Shown here: piece after piece, positions 28,745 to 37,380 of the stretch
How the letters are laid out: every line of letters starts with the position of its first letter
Position numbering within the stretch: the first letter of the stretch is position 1
Source of the DNA: Chthonomonadales bacterium
Lineage (GTDB): Bacteria; Armatimonadota; Chthonomonadetes; Chthonomonadales; CAJBBX01
NCBI GenBank assembly: GCA_027459625.1
Contig: DAIDHP010000007.1
Span: 38,220-102,219 of the forward strand
Direction of reading: 5' to 3'
DNA: 64,000 nucleotides
Position numbers and translations under genes: made by a program
Notes under the pieces: model-generated
Seen by the model: the letters and a program-made list of their open reading frames with translations, nothing else
Databases searched by the model: none
Told to the model about the DNA's origin: nothing

Positions 28745-30175
28745 AAGAGGTAATTGCAAAATAAAAATGATGCAGGAGTTACGCGGGTTTCCGGTGAATA
28801 TAATAGTGAAAACTGAAAGCATTCAGAGGGAACCCGCGCATGGTTATTTTATCGGATTACTGGAGCACATTGCAAATATCACTCATTCCTTTCATGGAGC
28901 TGGTCGTGGAGTCCCGTCTTACTGAGAAGGGGAAACGCCTCGTCGCCATCATGGACGTAATCTCCGTGGAGAAGCGCTTGAATCATACGCCTCATTACGG
29001 TCGCGGACGCAAGCCCTACGATCCTCGCTCCATGACCAGGGCTTTCATAGCGAAAGCCGCGTTGAACCTTTCTCAAACGAAAATGCTGCGCGAAATGTTG
29101 CTTGGCAGCGCGGCGTTGCGTACGATTTGCGGTTTCGAGAGCATAGAGCGGGTCCCCAGCGAGTCGGTGTTCTCCCGCAGTTTCGCCTCACTCGCTCGGG
29201 ACAAATTTGGCGACAAGGTGCATGAGGCGTTGGTGCGCACCCACGTCGGCGAGAGTGTTGTGATGCATGTGAGCCGCGATTCGACGGAGATCGTCGCTCG
29301 CGAGAAACCCGCGCCCAAGCGTGATGCAAATCCAAAAGCGCCATCAAAACGCCATCGCGGTCGTCCGAGGAAGGGTGAGAGGACATCCCCTCGCGAACCC
29401 TCTCGGTTGGTTCGACAGATGGATCGGAAGCTAGAGGAATCCTTGTCGTAGTTGTCTTACGCCTGCGGCGTGGGTGCCAAGCTCAACTCCAAGGGACACA
29501 TGCACTGGTGGATAGGATACAAGCTTCACATCGACTGGGCGGACAACCTGCTTCCTCTGACTGCGGTGACAACCTCCGCTTCGGTTCATGACAGTTATGA
29601 GAAAACTTGTTTTTCAATCAGTTGGCCATACCGATGGCTAAAATGACATCGAGAAAGGTGACTTCGCTTTACGATCTTATGGATGCGGCGTATGACACCG
29701 AGCCGATCAAAAAGGTATGCGAAAGTTTGGGTCATGTCGTCATCGTGAATAGTAACCGGCGTCGCGGAGGTGCTGTCGAGCCGATGGAGCCGGATCGCAA
29801 GCACGATACAATGAGCGCACCACTAGGGACGCGGAAACGGACAATTGAAGGATGATTTCGGGTTGCGGTCGATTTGGTATCGCACTCATGAGAAGGTGCA
29901 TTTATGCATCATGTTCACCGTCATCGCATTGTTCGCCGATCAGTTGATACGTGTTTTCAGCGGATGATGAGCGGGTGGTTTGTCCAATGAGTTGAATACA
30001 TCCCGTAAAACCATTCCGAACAGGATGGGAGGTTGAGTTCGTCTTGTAAACACTAAAACGCACGTGAAAAGCGGTTGATTTGGATTTCAGCACCCGATTT
30101 TAGCTATTAACGGATGTCGAAATGATTTTTGCCCATAGGGAATTCGAGAAAAACGGAATTTTGCAATTACCTCTT
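28745..30175 (+). mobile_element. IS element (IS5/IS4-type DDE transposase), 1431 bp, perfect 18-bp terminal inverted repeats
   Basis: The left end AAGAGGTAATTGCAAAAT (28745-28762) is the exact reverse complement of the right end ATTTTGCAATTACCTCTT (30158-30175). The repeats enclose transposase fragments. Its G+C looks like the chromosome backbone, unlike the AT-rich flanks. Confidence 0.85.
28840..29967 (+). pseudogene. DDE transposase (DUF772 N-terminus + DDE_Tnp_1-like), disrupted
   Basis: The N-terminal part (..GRGRKPYDPRSMTRAFIAKAALNLS..) ends at an in-frame TAG (29449-29451), and the same frame continues (WWIGYKLHIDW). A frame change follows near 29600-29650 (LYDLMDAAYD...). The C-terminal RYNERTT / NGQLKDDFGLRSIW..FTVIALFADQLIRV pieces lie in two further frames, ending at 29967. 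Confidence 0.8.
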
Positions 30176-30308
30176 AATTTATGATTTTCACCTGATGACA
30201 GAGCTATGGTCAATAAGAAAGTGCGTATAATAGCCTGTATGAAAGACATCCTGGAATTACAATTTCTTGATAGAATAGTTTCAGATATAGTTAATGTTTT
30301 CACTGTAT

Positions 30309-30418
30309 AGGTCCATCGAGGATTAAGCACATCGATCTTGATGTTTGCCATGATCAAAAGATGCGGATCATTTTTTTTTGATACTGCGCATGAGGGTAAG
30401 CACGATACAGTTCCTATA
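30309..30418 (+). repeat. copy A of a duplicated non-coding element upstream of acyltransferase genes
   Basis: It shares the ordered blocks CTTG.TGTTTGC, GGATCATTTTTTT, CATGAGGGTA and ACAGTTCC with 31873-31986. It ends 149 nt before the ATG at 30567. Confidence 0.6.
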
Positions 30419-30566
30419 TCGCCATCTCTTTTTTTGAGACCTGTGTTTGGCAGGCTGTTAATAGTATTTTAAATATAGACAACATGTGTGGCGTGTGCAT
30501 ATTACGGTCTATAAAATGAAATAATCATAGGGTCGTAATACTTTTATTTATTAATTGGATAAATAT

Positions 30567-31700
30567 ATGAATAAAACAGCAGATCAAGTTAATTTATCTA
30601 GTAATGATTGGATCAAACAAGGTCGAATACCTTATCTGGATGGCTTTCGCGCTATCGCCATATTAAGTGTTATAATTTATCATATTGGGGGTCAATACCA
30701 TTTATATATACTTGACAGGATATCTGACGGTCAATTAGGTGTCACCCTGTTTTTCGTAATCAGCGGTTTCCTAATCACTTTGCTTCTTCTAAGGGAACAT
30801 GAAAGATATGACCGTATATCAATATCCAAATTTTACAAAAGGAGATTTTTAAGAATATTTCCTGCATATTATTTTTATCTGATTGTAATGTGTGCACTTT
30901 ATATTTTGCATTCAATTCATTTCCCATATTTTTACTGGATTGGGGCATTCACATATACAATCTGTTATTTTCCAGATATATCAAAAGCTTGGTTTCTTGC
31001 CCATACATGGTCACTTTCTGTAGAAGAGCATTTCTATTTATTATGGCCTATTATCATTTTATTAATCACTCCCAAAAAAGCGTATAAAATATTAATCGCG
31101 TTTATTATTACTACTCCGTTTATTAGGATATTTATCTTTTATATCACACACAGGACAATTTCTGTCGAATCATACTCAATTACTCAAATGGGTAGTATTG
31201 GCATTGGATGTTTTTTTGCATATTGTGTTTATTCTTCATATTTTAATAATATTAAGAAATTATTTATTAAGCATCCAGTGATTATATTTATTTCAGGAAT
31301 ATCTGTCTTATTTGTATCTAAGTTGATACACACTCTCAATCACGGAATATTATCTCAAATATATCATAATTCAGTCCTTATAAAACATCTTATATCAATA
31401 TATATAATTGGATTTTATGATCCAGTTAACGCTTTCGGTTTTTCATTGATTATTGCCGGATGTCTATTTTCACATTCGAATATATTAGACAAAATATTAA
31501 ACAATAAAATAATGGTGCATATCGGTATACTTTCCTATAGCCTTTATTTATGGCAGCAACCATTTACTTATAGAAGTAAATTCATAATGCAGTTTCACTG
31601 GTATATTTTATTGCCGGCTATATATATTGTATCATTATGTTCATATAACTTTATAGAAAAACCTATTCTTAAAATAAAAGACAAACAATATTCATTATAG
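30567..31700 (+). CDS. acyltransferase family 3 (OafA/YrhL-like O-acyltransferase)
   Basis: Polytopic membrane protein with LDGFRAIAILSVIIYH, FFVISGFLIT and RRFLRIFPAYY. The track start is TTG 30555; ATG 30567 is preferred. Confidence 0.85.
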   Translation: MNKTADQVNLSSNDWIKQGRIPYLDGFRAIAILSVIIYHIGGQYHLYILDRISDGQLGVTLFFVISGFLITLLLLREHERYDRISISKFYKRRFLRIFPAYYFYLIVMCALYILHSIHFPYFYWIGAFTYTICYFPDISKAWFLAHTWSLSVEEHFYLLWPIIILLITPKKAYKILIAFIITTPFIRIFIFYITHRTISVESYSITQMGSIGIGCFFAYCVYSSYFNNIKKLFIKHPVIIFISGISVLFVSKLIHTLNHGILSQIYHNSVLIKHLISIYIIGFYDPVNAFGFSLIIAGCLFSHSNILDKILNNKIMVHIGILSYSLYLWQQPFTYRSKFIMQFHWYILLPAIYIVSLCSYNFIEKPILKIKDKQYSL

Positions 31701-31872
31701 AGCGTTACACAAAATTAAGGACATTACATATGGATTAATATCATTTTCATAAATATCCGATCATTAAAAGATGAGTAACGTACATAGACAATGATTCGCC
31801 AGAATATCAGCTATAGCCTGCAATAAGATGATGATGAGCGTATCGCATGTGGCTTGCATGGCCCCGCTTCAT

Positions 31873-31986
31873 AAGTCCCTTCGGGAGGTCCCGGTGCATG
31901 GCACTTGGTGTTTGCAAAGATAAAAACTTGAGGATCATTTTTTTCGGTTTCCGCACATGAGGGTACCGCCGAAACAGTTCCGACAT
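31873..31986 (+). repeat. copy B of the duplicated non-coding element
   Basis: See copy A. It ends 243 nt before the ATG at 32229. Confidence 0.6.
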
Positions 31987-32228
31987 TTACATTGCTGTGG
32001 ACGGGATGAGGGTTCCCTTTCCTCCCACCCCATGCTTAGATCTTACGGAGGTAATACGAATTGAGCCTGATTCCGTACCAGGTGGATATGGCGGCTCTTG
32101 ATGAGAACTCGGATACGTTCCGTAGGGAGGTTGAGAATAAAGGCATTGCATGGATTGAATAAAATTTAATTAACTTGTCCGCTATACAGATATCATATCA
32201 TGTGAAAATTTGTTAAAAAGAGGATTAT

Positions 32229-33377
32229 ATGGAAGATAAATCAATAACCAATTCTCATAATGAATTAAATCGAATACGTCTTGATTTTCTTGATGGTATG
32301 AGAGGATTTGCTGCGCTATATGTACTATTATATCATATCCAACAATATTATCCTATATCTATGAAATTGCCGATATATGTATATATGATTACTAAATTGT
32401 TTATGTTTGGAACATACGCTGTGGCAGTATTTATAGTTTTGTCAGGCTTTGTATTAATGCTTCCAGTGATAAAAAGCGAGAACCATTCGATAAAAGGTGG
32501 ACCATTTAACTTTATTTATCGAAGATTTCGACGAATATTTCCTCCATATTATGCAGCGTTAATAATATCTCTGATAATTATTTATCTGTTTCCGCATTTA
32601 GCATGGGGAGGTTTTAGCAGAACGTCTTTAATCGCTCATATTTTTATGGTTCATAATTTAAATTTAGAATGGCAATATGGCATTGATCCAACAATGTGGA
32701 GCGTTGCGACCGAGTGGGACATATATTTTATATTTATTTTATTATTGCTACCTATATGGAAGAGATTTGGAAACGTAATATTATTGATCTCAGCTTTTAT
32801 TTTTAGCTTGTTGCCTCATTTTCTCTTTCATGGAAAAATTGATTGGGCTGCTCCGCAATATATTCTACTTTTCTCTTTAGGGATGCTTGGAGCGGTGATT
32901 AGTTACGATACCAATATAAAAATGAAAAAAATAAATCAAAACACTCCATGGAAAATATTATCTTTTCTTTTTTTTATATTATTTATTGTATACATGGCTT
33001 TATCAAAACATATTCGTTCAATAGGTGATGTTCATTTATGGTTCCCGGATATTTTTATAGGAATCGCTACCGTTTCAATCATTTTACATATACTTGTTAC
33101 TTTACAAGAGGGCTCTCATAGTAAGATAATAAGAATACTGTCATCAAAATATTCAATTTTACTTGGTGTATTTTCTTACAGTTTATACTTAACTCACATG
33201 TGCGTTATACCCCCATTACACTCTTATTTAATATCTCGGCACATTCCTAATCTATTATCATTGATATTAATGTATGTTATAGGTGCACCTGTGGCGTTGG
33301 CATTTGGCTATGCATTTCATTTGATATTTGAACGTCCATTTCTTCCTGTTCATTATAAGCAACAGATAACAAAATAA
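32229..33377 (+). CDS. acyltransferase family 3 (OafA/YrhL-like O-acyltransferase)
   Basis: 382 aa polytopic membrane protein with LDGMRGFAALYVLLYH, FIVLSGFVLM and RRFRRIFPPYY. AAGAGGA SD. Confidence 0.85.
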   Translation: MEDKSITNSHNELNRIRLDFLDGMRGFAALYVLLYHIQQYYPISMKLPIYVYMITKLFMFGTYAVAVFIVLSGFVLMLPVIKSENHSIKGGPFNFIYRRFRRIFPPYYAALIISLIIIYLFPHLAWGGFSRTSLIAHIFMVHNLNLEWQYGIDPTMWSVATEWDIYFIFILLLLPIWKRFGNVILLISAFIFSLLPHFLFHGKIDWAAPQYILLFSLGMLGAVISYDTNIKMKKINQNTPWKILSFLFFILFIVYMALSKHIRSIGDVHLWFPDIFIGIATVSIILHILVTLQEGSHSKIIRILSSKYSILLGVFSYSLYLTHMCVIPPLHSYLISRHIPNLLSLILMYVIGAPVALAFGYAFHLIFERPFLPVHYKQQITK

Positions 33378-33748
33378 GAAAGCATCAAATTCATATTTCC
33401 TGATCACATTGTTCGTATCTAGTAAGCATTCATATACGACACTTTTAATGAAAGGTATAAATGTATTATGAAATAAATATATTTATTCAAATGTCAAAAA
33501 TAAACTGTATCAGAATACAGTTTTGCATACCGACTATGTCTAGAAAAATTATGATACTTTGGCAGCTTCTTCGAAATGTATTTAAAGAATCACGATCCTT
33601 TGCACTTGACTTTAGCACTTTCCGAATCATCCGCGTGTATTTCATTGACTCTCAGGCTCGATACGATAATTAAACAACGTCAGATTTTGATATCGCTCCG
33701 GATGAAAAAGCTAGAATTGAGTTCTTTAGGATATAATAATTAATGGGC

Positions 33749-33835
33749 AGGTAATTGCAAAAATCGCTTTTCAGGTAGTTCGCTGAGCATGAAATGAGCG
33801 ATATTAGCCTTATTTTCTGAATTTTGCAATTGCCT
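33749..33835. mobile_element. MITE copy (87 bp), best preserved
   Basis: AGGTAATTGCAAAAAT (33749-33764) and ATTTTGCAATTGCCT (33821-33835) form inverted termini that match the IS TIRs. Confidence 0.65.
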
Positions 33836-33912
33836 CCGGGGATAATGCATTACCATTTCTTACCTGCTTTCCCCCAAAAAATTCCAGAATCCTTTGCAGA
33901 AAGGTGCTTTCC

Positions 33913-35130
33913 ATGACCCTCATAACCCTATTCTTTTTCGCTCACCAACCGGACCGCCTACTTCCCTACGACCGAAGGCGTGAGGGCGAAGATGTATCCG
34001 GAAGCAATCTGCACGATCACTACTTCGACGATGTTCTAAACCGAGAGGTATTCCACAAGGTCGCCGGAAAATGCTATCGCCCCGCCACCTCCCTTCTCCT
34101 CGAACTCGCCAAGCGGTACAAAAACCACGACAAGCCGTTTCGCGTCGCTTTCGGGCTCTCCGGTACGCTGCTGGATCAGATGGAGCGTTATGATTCCTCT
34201 CTCCTGGATACCTTCAAGGAACTTGCGGACACTGGCATGGCGGAGTTCACGGGAGAAACCTATTATCACTCCCTCTCCGGACTCTTCGATGCTCAACGCA
34301 CGGAATTCATGGAGCAGGCGGAGATGCACGCGCAAAAAATACAAGATCTTTTCGGAGCGCGTCCGCACGTTTTTCGTAATACGGAGTGTTTGTTTAATAA
34401 CGGCATCGCCGCCACGGTTCAAGGCATGGGATACGAGGGGATCATCACGGAGGGGGTTGATTGGCTTTTGGAGGGGTGGAAATCGCCCGATTTCATCTAT
34501 CGCGCCCCTTGCGGTTTGGCAACGCTGCTGCGTAACTACCGACTGTCGGACGACCTCGGCTATCGCTTCACAAACCGTGACTGGGACGGCTGGCCGCTGC
34601 GCGCGGAGACTTTCGCGGGTTGGCTGGCTGGGAATACGGACATGCACACGCTCCTCGCCTTGGACTACGAGGCGATCGGCGAGCATATGTGGGCGGACAG
34701 CGGAATCTTCGAGTTTCTAAAGCATCTTCCCGGTGAGATGGAGAAGCATGCGCAACTGGAGTTCACCACTCCCACCAAGGCGGTGCGCCGCCTGCCAATT
34801 ACGGGCGAGATTAGCGTGGATGACTACGCAACGATCTCCTGGGCGGATATGGAGCGCGATACCTCCGCATGGCTTGGCAACGAGATGCAGCGCTTTTGCT
34901 ACGAAGAACTGAAGCGTCTGGAGCCCGCGGTGAAAGCGAAGGGGGACCCGTATCTGCTGGATTGCTGGCGACGGATGCTCACCAGCGACCATCTCTACTA
35001 CATGGCGAGCAAGTCGATGAGCGACGGGGATGTGCACAAGTACTTCAGCGCCTACGGAAGCCTGTTCGAAGCGTTTCTGCGATTGCACACCGCGATCCTG
35101 GACTTGCGAAGAAGAGTGGAGGGGGATTAG
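33913..35130 (+). CDS. glycoside hydrolase family 57 (alpha-amylase-type)
   Basis: The N-terminal FFFAHQPDRLLPY carries the GH57 HQP motif, and length and collinearity are typical. ATG 33913 (AAAGGTG SD) is preferred over GTG 33904. Confidence 0.8.
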   Translation: MTLITLFFFAHQPDRLLPYDRRREGEDVSGSNLHDHYFDDVLNREVFHKVAGKCYRPATSLLLELAKRYKNHDKPFRVAFGLSGTLLDQMERYDSSLLDTFKELADTGMAEFTGETYYHSLSGLFDAQRTEFMEQAEMHAQKIQDLFGARPHVFRNTECLFNNGIAATVQGMGYEGIITEGVDWLLEGWKSPDFIYRAPCGLATLLRNYRLSDDLGYRFTNRDWDGWPLRAETFAGWLAGNTDMHTLLALDYEAIGEHMWADSGIFEFLKHLPGEMEKHAQLEFTTPTKAVRRLPITGEISVDDYATISWADMERDTSAWLGNEMQRFCYEELKRLEPAVKAKGDPYLLDCWRRMLTSDHLYYMASKSMSDGDVHKYFSAYGSLFEAFLRLHTAILDLRRRVEGD

Positions 35131-35149
35131 GGTTTCGTTGCGGATTATA

Positions 35150-35432
35150 TTAACGCAAAGACGCCATGACGCGAAGAGAATATTAGAAAGCAGGGATGCG
35201 AAAAAGCGCAACGCCCTTCGGGTGTCGGGTCTCGGGTATCGGGGAAATCCGCGCAGGGGGATTTGGTGTGTTTGTTAGCCGCGAATTGATTCGCCGGGGT
35301 TTTATTTTAACGCAAAGATTTTTTAAACGCAAAGACGCAGGGACGCGAAGATGCGCAAAGCATAACGGGTATCGGGGAAATCCGCGCAGGGGGATTTGGC
35401 GTGTTCTATCCGCGAATTCATTCGCCGTGGGG
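35150..35432. repeat. tandem duplication (2 units of about 130-150 bp) with internal hairpins
   Basis: 66-bp cores at 35234-35299 and 35367-35432 share an identical first 33 nt (GGGTATCGGGGAAATCCGCGCAGGGGGATTTGG). Each core is preceded by TTAACGCAAAGA / ACGCAAAGACGC..GACGCGAAG motifs. Confidence 0.8.
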
Positions 35433-35861
35433 AATATCGAGGTTCGGGTGGGGATCATTTTCCGATTCACCCACTCCTTGCATCAATCGATCAAGCAGGC
35501 TTTGCATCAATCGGCTGTAACCATGTAATCTCTGATATATTTTCTTTGCAATCTCCTCCAGATAGATGTGTGTGGTACGGTTTCTGTCATCCGCAAGGAT
35601 AAGAAATTGCGTGCACTCTTTTTCCGTAATTATTTGAGCCTTGCATAGCTCTCGAAAAACGGATCGTGGAGTCGCGGCATTCACCTTTTCCATTTCCAAT
35701 AAATAGATATGGGCGGCTTTCCATAGCGATTCGAATGAATATTCAAACCTTTGAATTCCTCCATCCCGTTCCAAATCCGTTGGATTTTCCACCGACAATG
35801 CATCGTGAAGGGTGGCAAGGGCTCTCTGTGCATCCTTTATTTTGGTAATCACTCTATCCAT
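35418..35861 (-). CDS. hepT: HEPN-domain toxin, nucleotidyltransferase substrate-binding protein (HI0074 family)
   Basis: 147 aa with the Rx4H motif (DDRNRTTHIY). It overlaps the upstream MNT gene by 13 nt. Confidence 0.8.
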   Translation of the reverse strand: MDRVITKIKDAQRALATLHDALSVENPTDLERDGGIQRFEYSFESLWKAAHIYLLEMEKVNAATPRSVFRELCKAQIITEKECTQFLILADDRNRTTHIYLEEIAKKIYQRLHGYSRLMQSLLDRLMQGVGESENDPHPNLDIPHGE

Positions 35862-36220
35862 ACGATTCCCTCTTTTTCCACCTCGTCCCGGAATTCTCGC
35901 GTGGCTTCGTCCAAGTCCACGACATCAACCGTGTATGGAATGATGCTCAAATCATAACGCTCTGACAGGTCACTTGCAAAGTTGGGCGGTAACGACTTTC
36001 CGTTTCCATCCAGAGCGATATCCAAATCGGATGCGGGATGGTTATCTCCTCGTGCGCGAGAGCCAAAGAAAATCACGCGTACGTTCCTCCGAGCGCAATA
36101 TTCAATCGCAATGCGCTCAGCCTCTTTTATAGACCATTCCGCCGGAGCGGATAATGCCTCTTCTATCTCCTTGTCCCATTCGAATAACATAACGATTTTC
36201 TCATATCTCTCAAAATCCAT
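35849..36220 (-). CDS. mntA: minimal nucleotidyltransferase (MNT) antitoxin
   Basis: IFFGSRARGDNHPASDLDIAL carries the GSx(n)DxD pol-beta NTase motif. The start is uncertain (ATG 36220, 36253 or 36262); the track ORF extends to 36319. Confidence 0.8.
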   Translation of the reverse strand: MDFERYEKIVMLFEWDKEIEEALSAPAEWSIKEAERIAIEYCARRNVRVIFFGSRARGDNHPASDLDIALDGNGKSLPPNFASDLSERYDLSIIPYTVDVVDLDEATREFRDEVEKEGIVWIE

Positions 36221-36381
36221 GCCACGGTTCCATATTTCCCGATATAAAATCATACCAACCATTGGAGAGGATTTGCGCTGGTGACCCGAAGAAAAGAAAC
36301 CGTAAATTAACAAAGTCACGGATATCAGTTATATTGCATATGATATCGGAATTCCCATCATCCCCGATCCGCGACATCATC

Positions 36382-37380
36382 CTACAAGGATTCAACCGCC
36401 ATGGTGTCCAAGCTGAAAGGGTCGCTTTCCCCCTTTGAGAGTCGCGGATAGCCTGCGGCGGCGATCATCGCGGCGTTGTCGGTGCAGAGGACCGGCGGGG
36501 GGATAACAAGGCGAAGTCCGTTCTCTTCGCACTTGCGTCGCATGCTCGTTGCCAATCTCCGGTTCGCCGCCACCCCGCCCCCCACCGCGACGGTCCGCAT
36601 GCCGGTCTCCTTCGCCGCCTTGATCGTCTTCCGAACAAGCGTCTCCACGATCGCCTCCTGAAAGGATGCCGCGGCATCCGGCAAGGGTGTTTTACCGCCA
36701 TCGTCCTTGAGGAAACGCGAAACGGCGGTCTTGAGTCCGCTGAAGCTGAAATCATAGCTCCCGCCAAGCCATGCGCGGGGAAACGCAACGGCTTGGGGAT
36801 CGCCATCCATTGCGAGACGGTCCACATTCGGTCCGCCCGGATAGGGTAACCCCATCAGCCGCGCGCATTTGTCAAAACACTCCCCAGCCGCATCATCAAG
36901 GGTATGACCGAGTCTCTCCCGAGTGTTGTTGTCCCGCATCAAAAGCAACTCCGTATGGCCTCCTGACACAATCAGGCTAAGGAATGGAAAACGAGGGGGA
37001 TTTTTAGCCAGGAAATTCGCATAGAGGTGCCCCACAAGGTGATGCACCCCGACCAAAGGCTTCCCGTAAACGTAAGCGAGAGCCTTTGCGGCGGAGACAC
37101 CCACCAAAAGCGCTCCTACCAGACCGGGGCGATTGGTGACCGCGATACCGTCTATGTCCTCCCAATTCAATCCGCTCCGTTCGAATGCGGAGTGAATCAC
37201 CGGCAGGAGATTCTCCACATGTTTGCGGGATGCCACTTCGGGAATGACGCCGCCCCATCGGGCGTGAATTTCGGCTTGGCTTGCAATGATATTGGAGAGG
37301 ATGGTGTCGCCATTTTCCACGATGGCCGCGGCGCTTTCATCGCAGCTTGTTTCGATGCCGAGAACTCTAAAAGGGGTCAA
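36382..37380 (-). CDS. tsaD: tRNA N6-adenosine threonylcarbamoyltransferase
   Basis: 332 aa with VLGIETSCDESAAAIV and VHHLVGH (metal site), the typical Kae1/TsaD pattern. Confidence 0.95.
   Translation of the reverse strand: MTPFRVLGIETSCDESAAAIVENGDTILSNIIASQAEIHARWGGVIPEVASRKHVENLLPVIHSAFERSGLNWEDIDGIAVTNRPGLVGALLVGVSAAKALAYVYGKPLVGVHHLVGHLYANFLAKNPPRFPFLSLIVSGGHTELLLMRDNNTRERLGHTLDDAAGECFDKCARLMGLPYPGGPNVDRLAMDGDPQAVAFPRAWLGGSYDFSFSGLKTAVSRFLKDDGGKTPLPDAAASFQEAIVETLVRKTIKAAKETGMRTVAVGGGVAANRRLATSMRRKCEENGLRLVIPPPVLCTDNAAMIAAAGYPRLSKGESDPFSLDTMAVESL

Noticed and set aside
28490-30357. Idea that the IS split a minus-strand gene (ORF 30100-30357 continuing in ORF 28490-28822)
   Set aside because: After removing the element, with or without a 3-4 bp duplication, the two frames do not join in phase. 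Neither half shows a recognisable protein pattern.
31961-31970. GGCGGTAC on the minus strand, one mismatch from the ops/JUMPstart core GGCGGTAG
   Set aside because: It is on the wrong strand relative to the downstream glycan genes and has one mismatch. ops/RfaH is a proteobacterial system, so this is most likely chance.
35150-35366. GACGCAAAG/GCAAAGC strings reminiscent of the c-di-GMP-I (GEMM-I) riboswitch core
   Set aside because: The surrounding helices, tetraloop and receptor arrangement are not present. The location is between convergent gene ends, not in a 5' leader.
35234-35432. Two identical 33-nt partially palindromic repeats, considered as a CRISPR array
   Set aside because: There are only two copies separated by about 100 bp. 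The 'spacer' itself contains repeated ACGCAAAG motifs, and the repeats are part of a larger tandem duplication. No cas genes are nearby.
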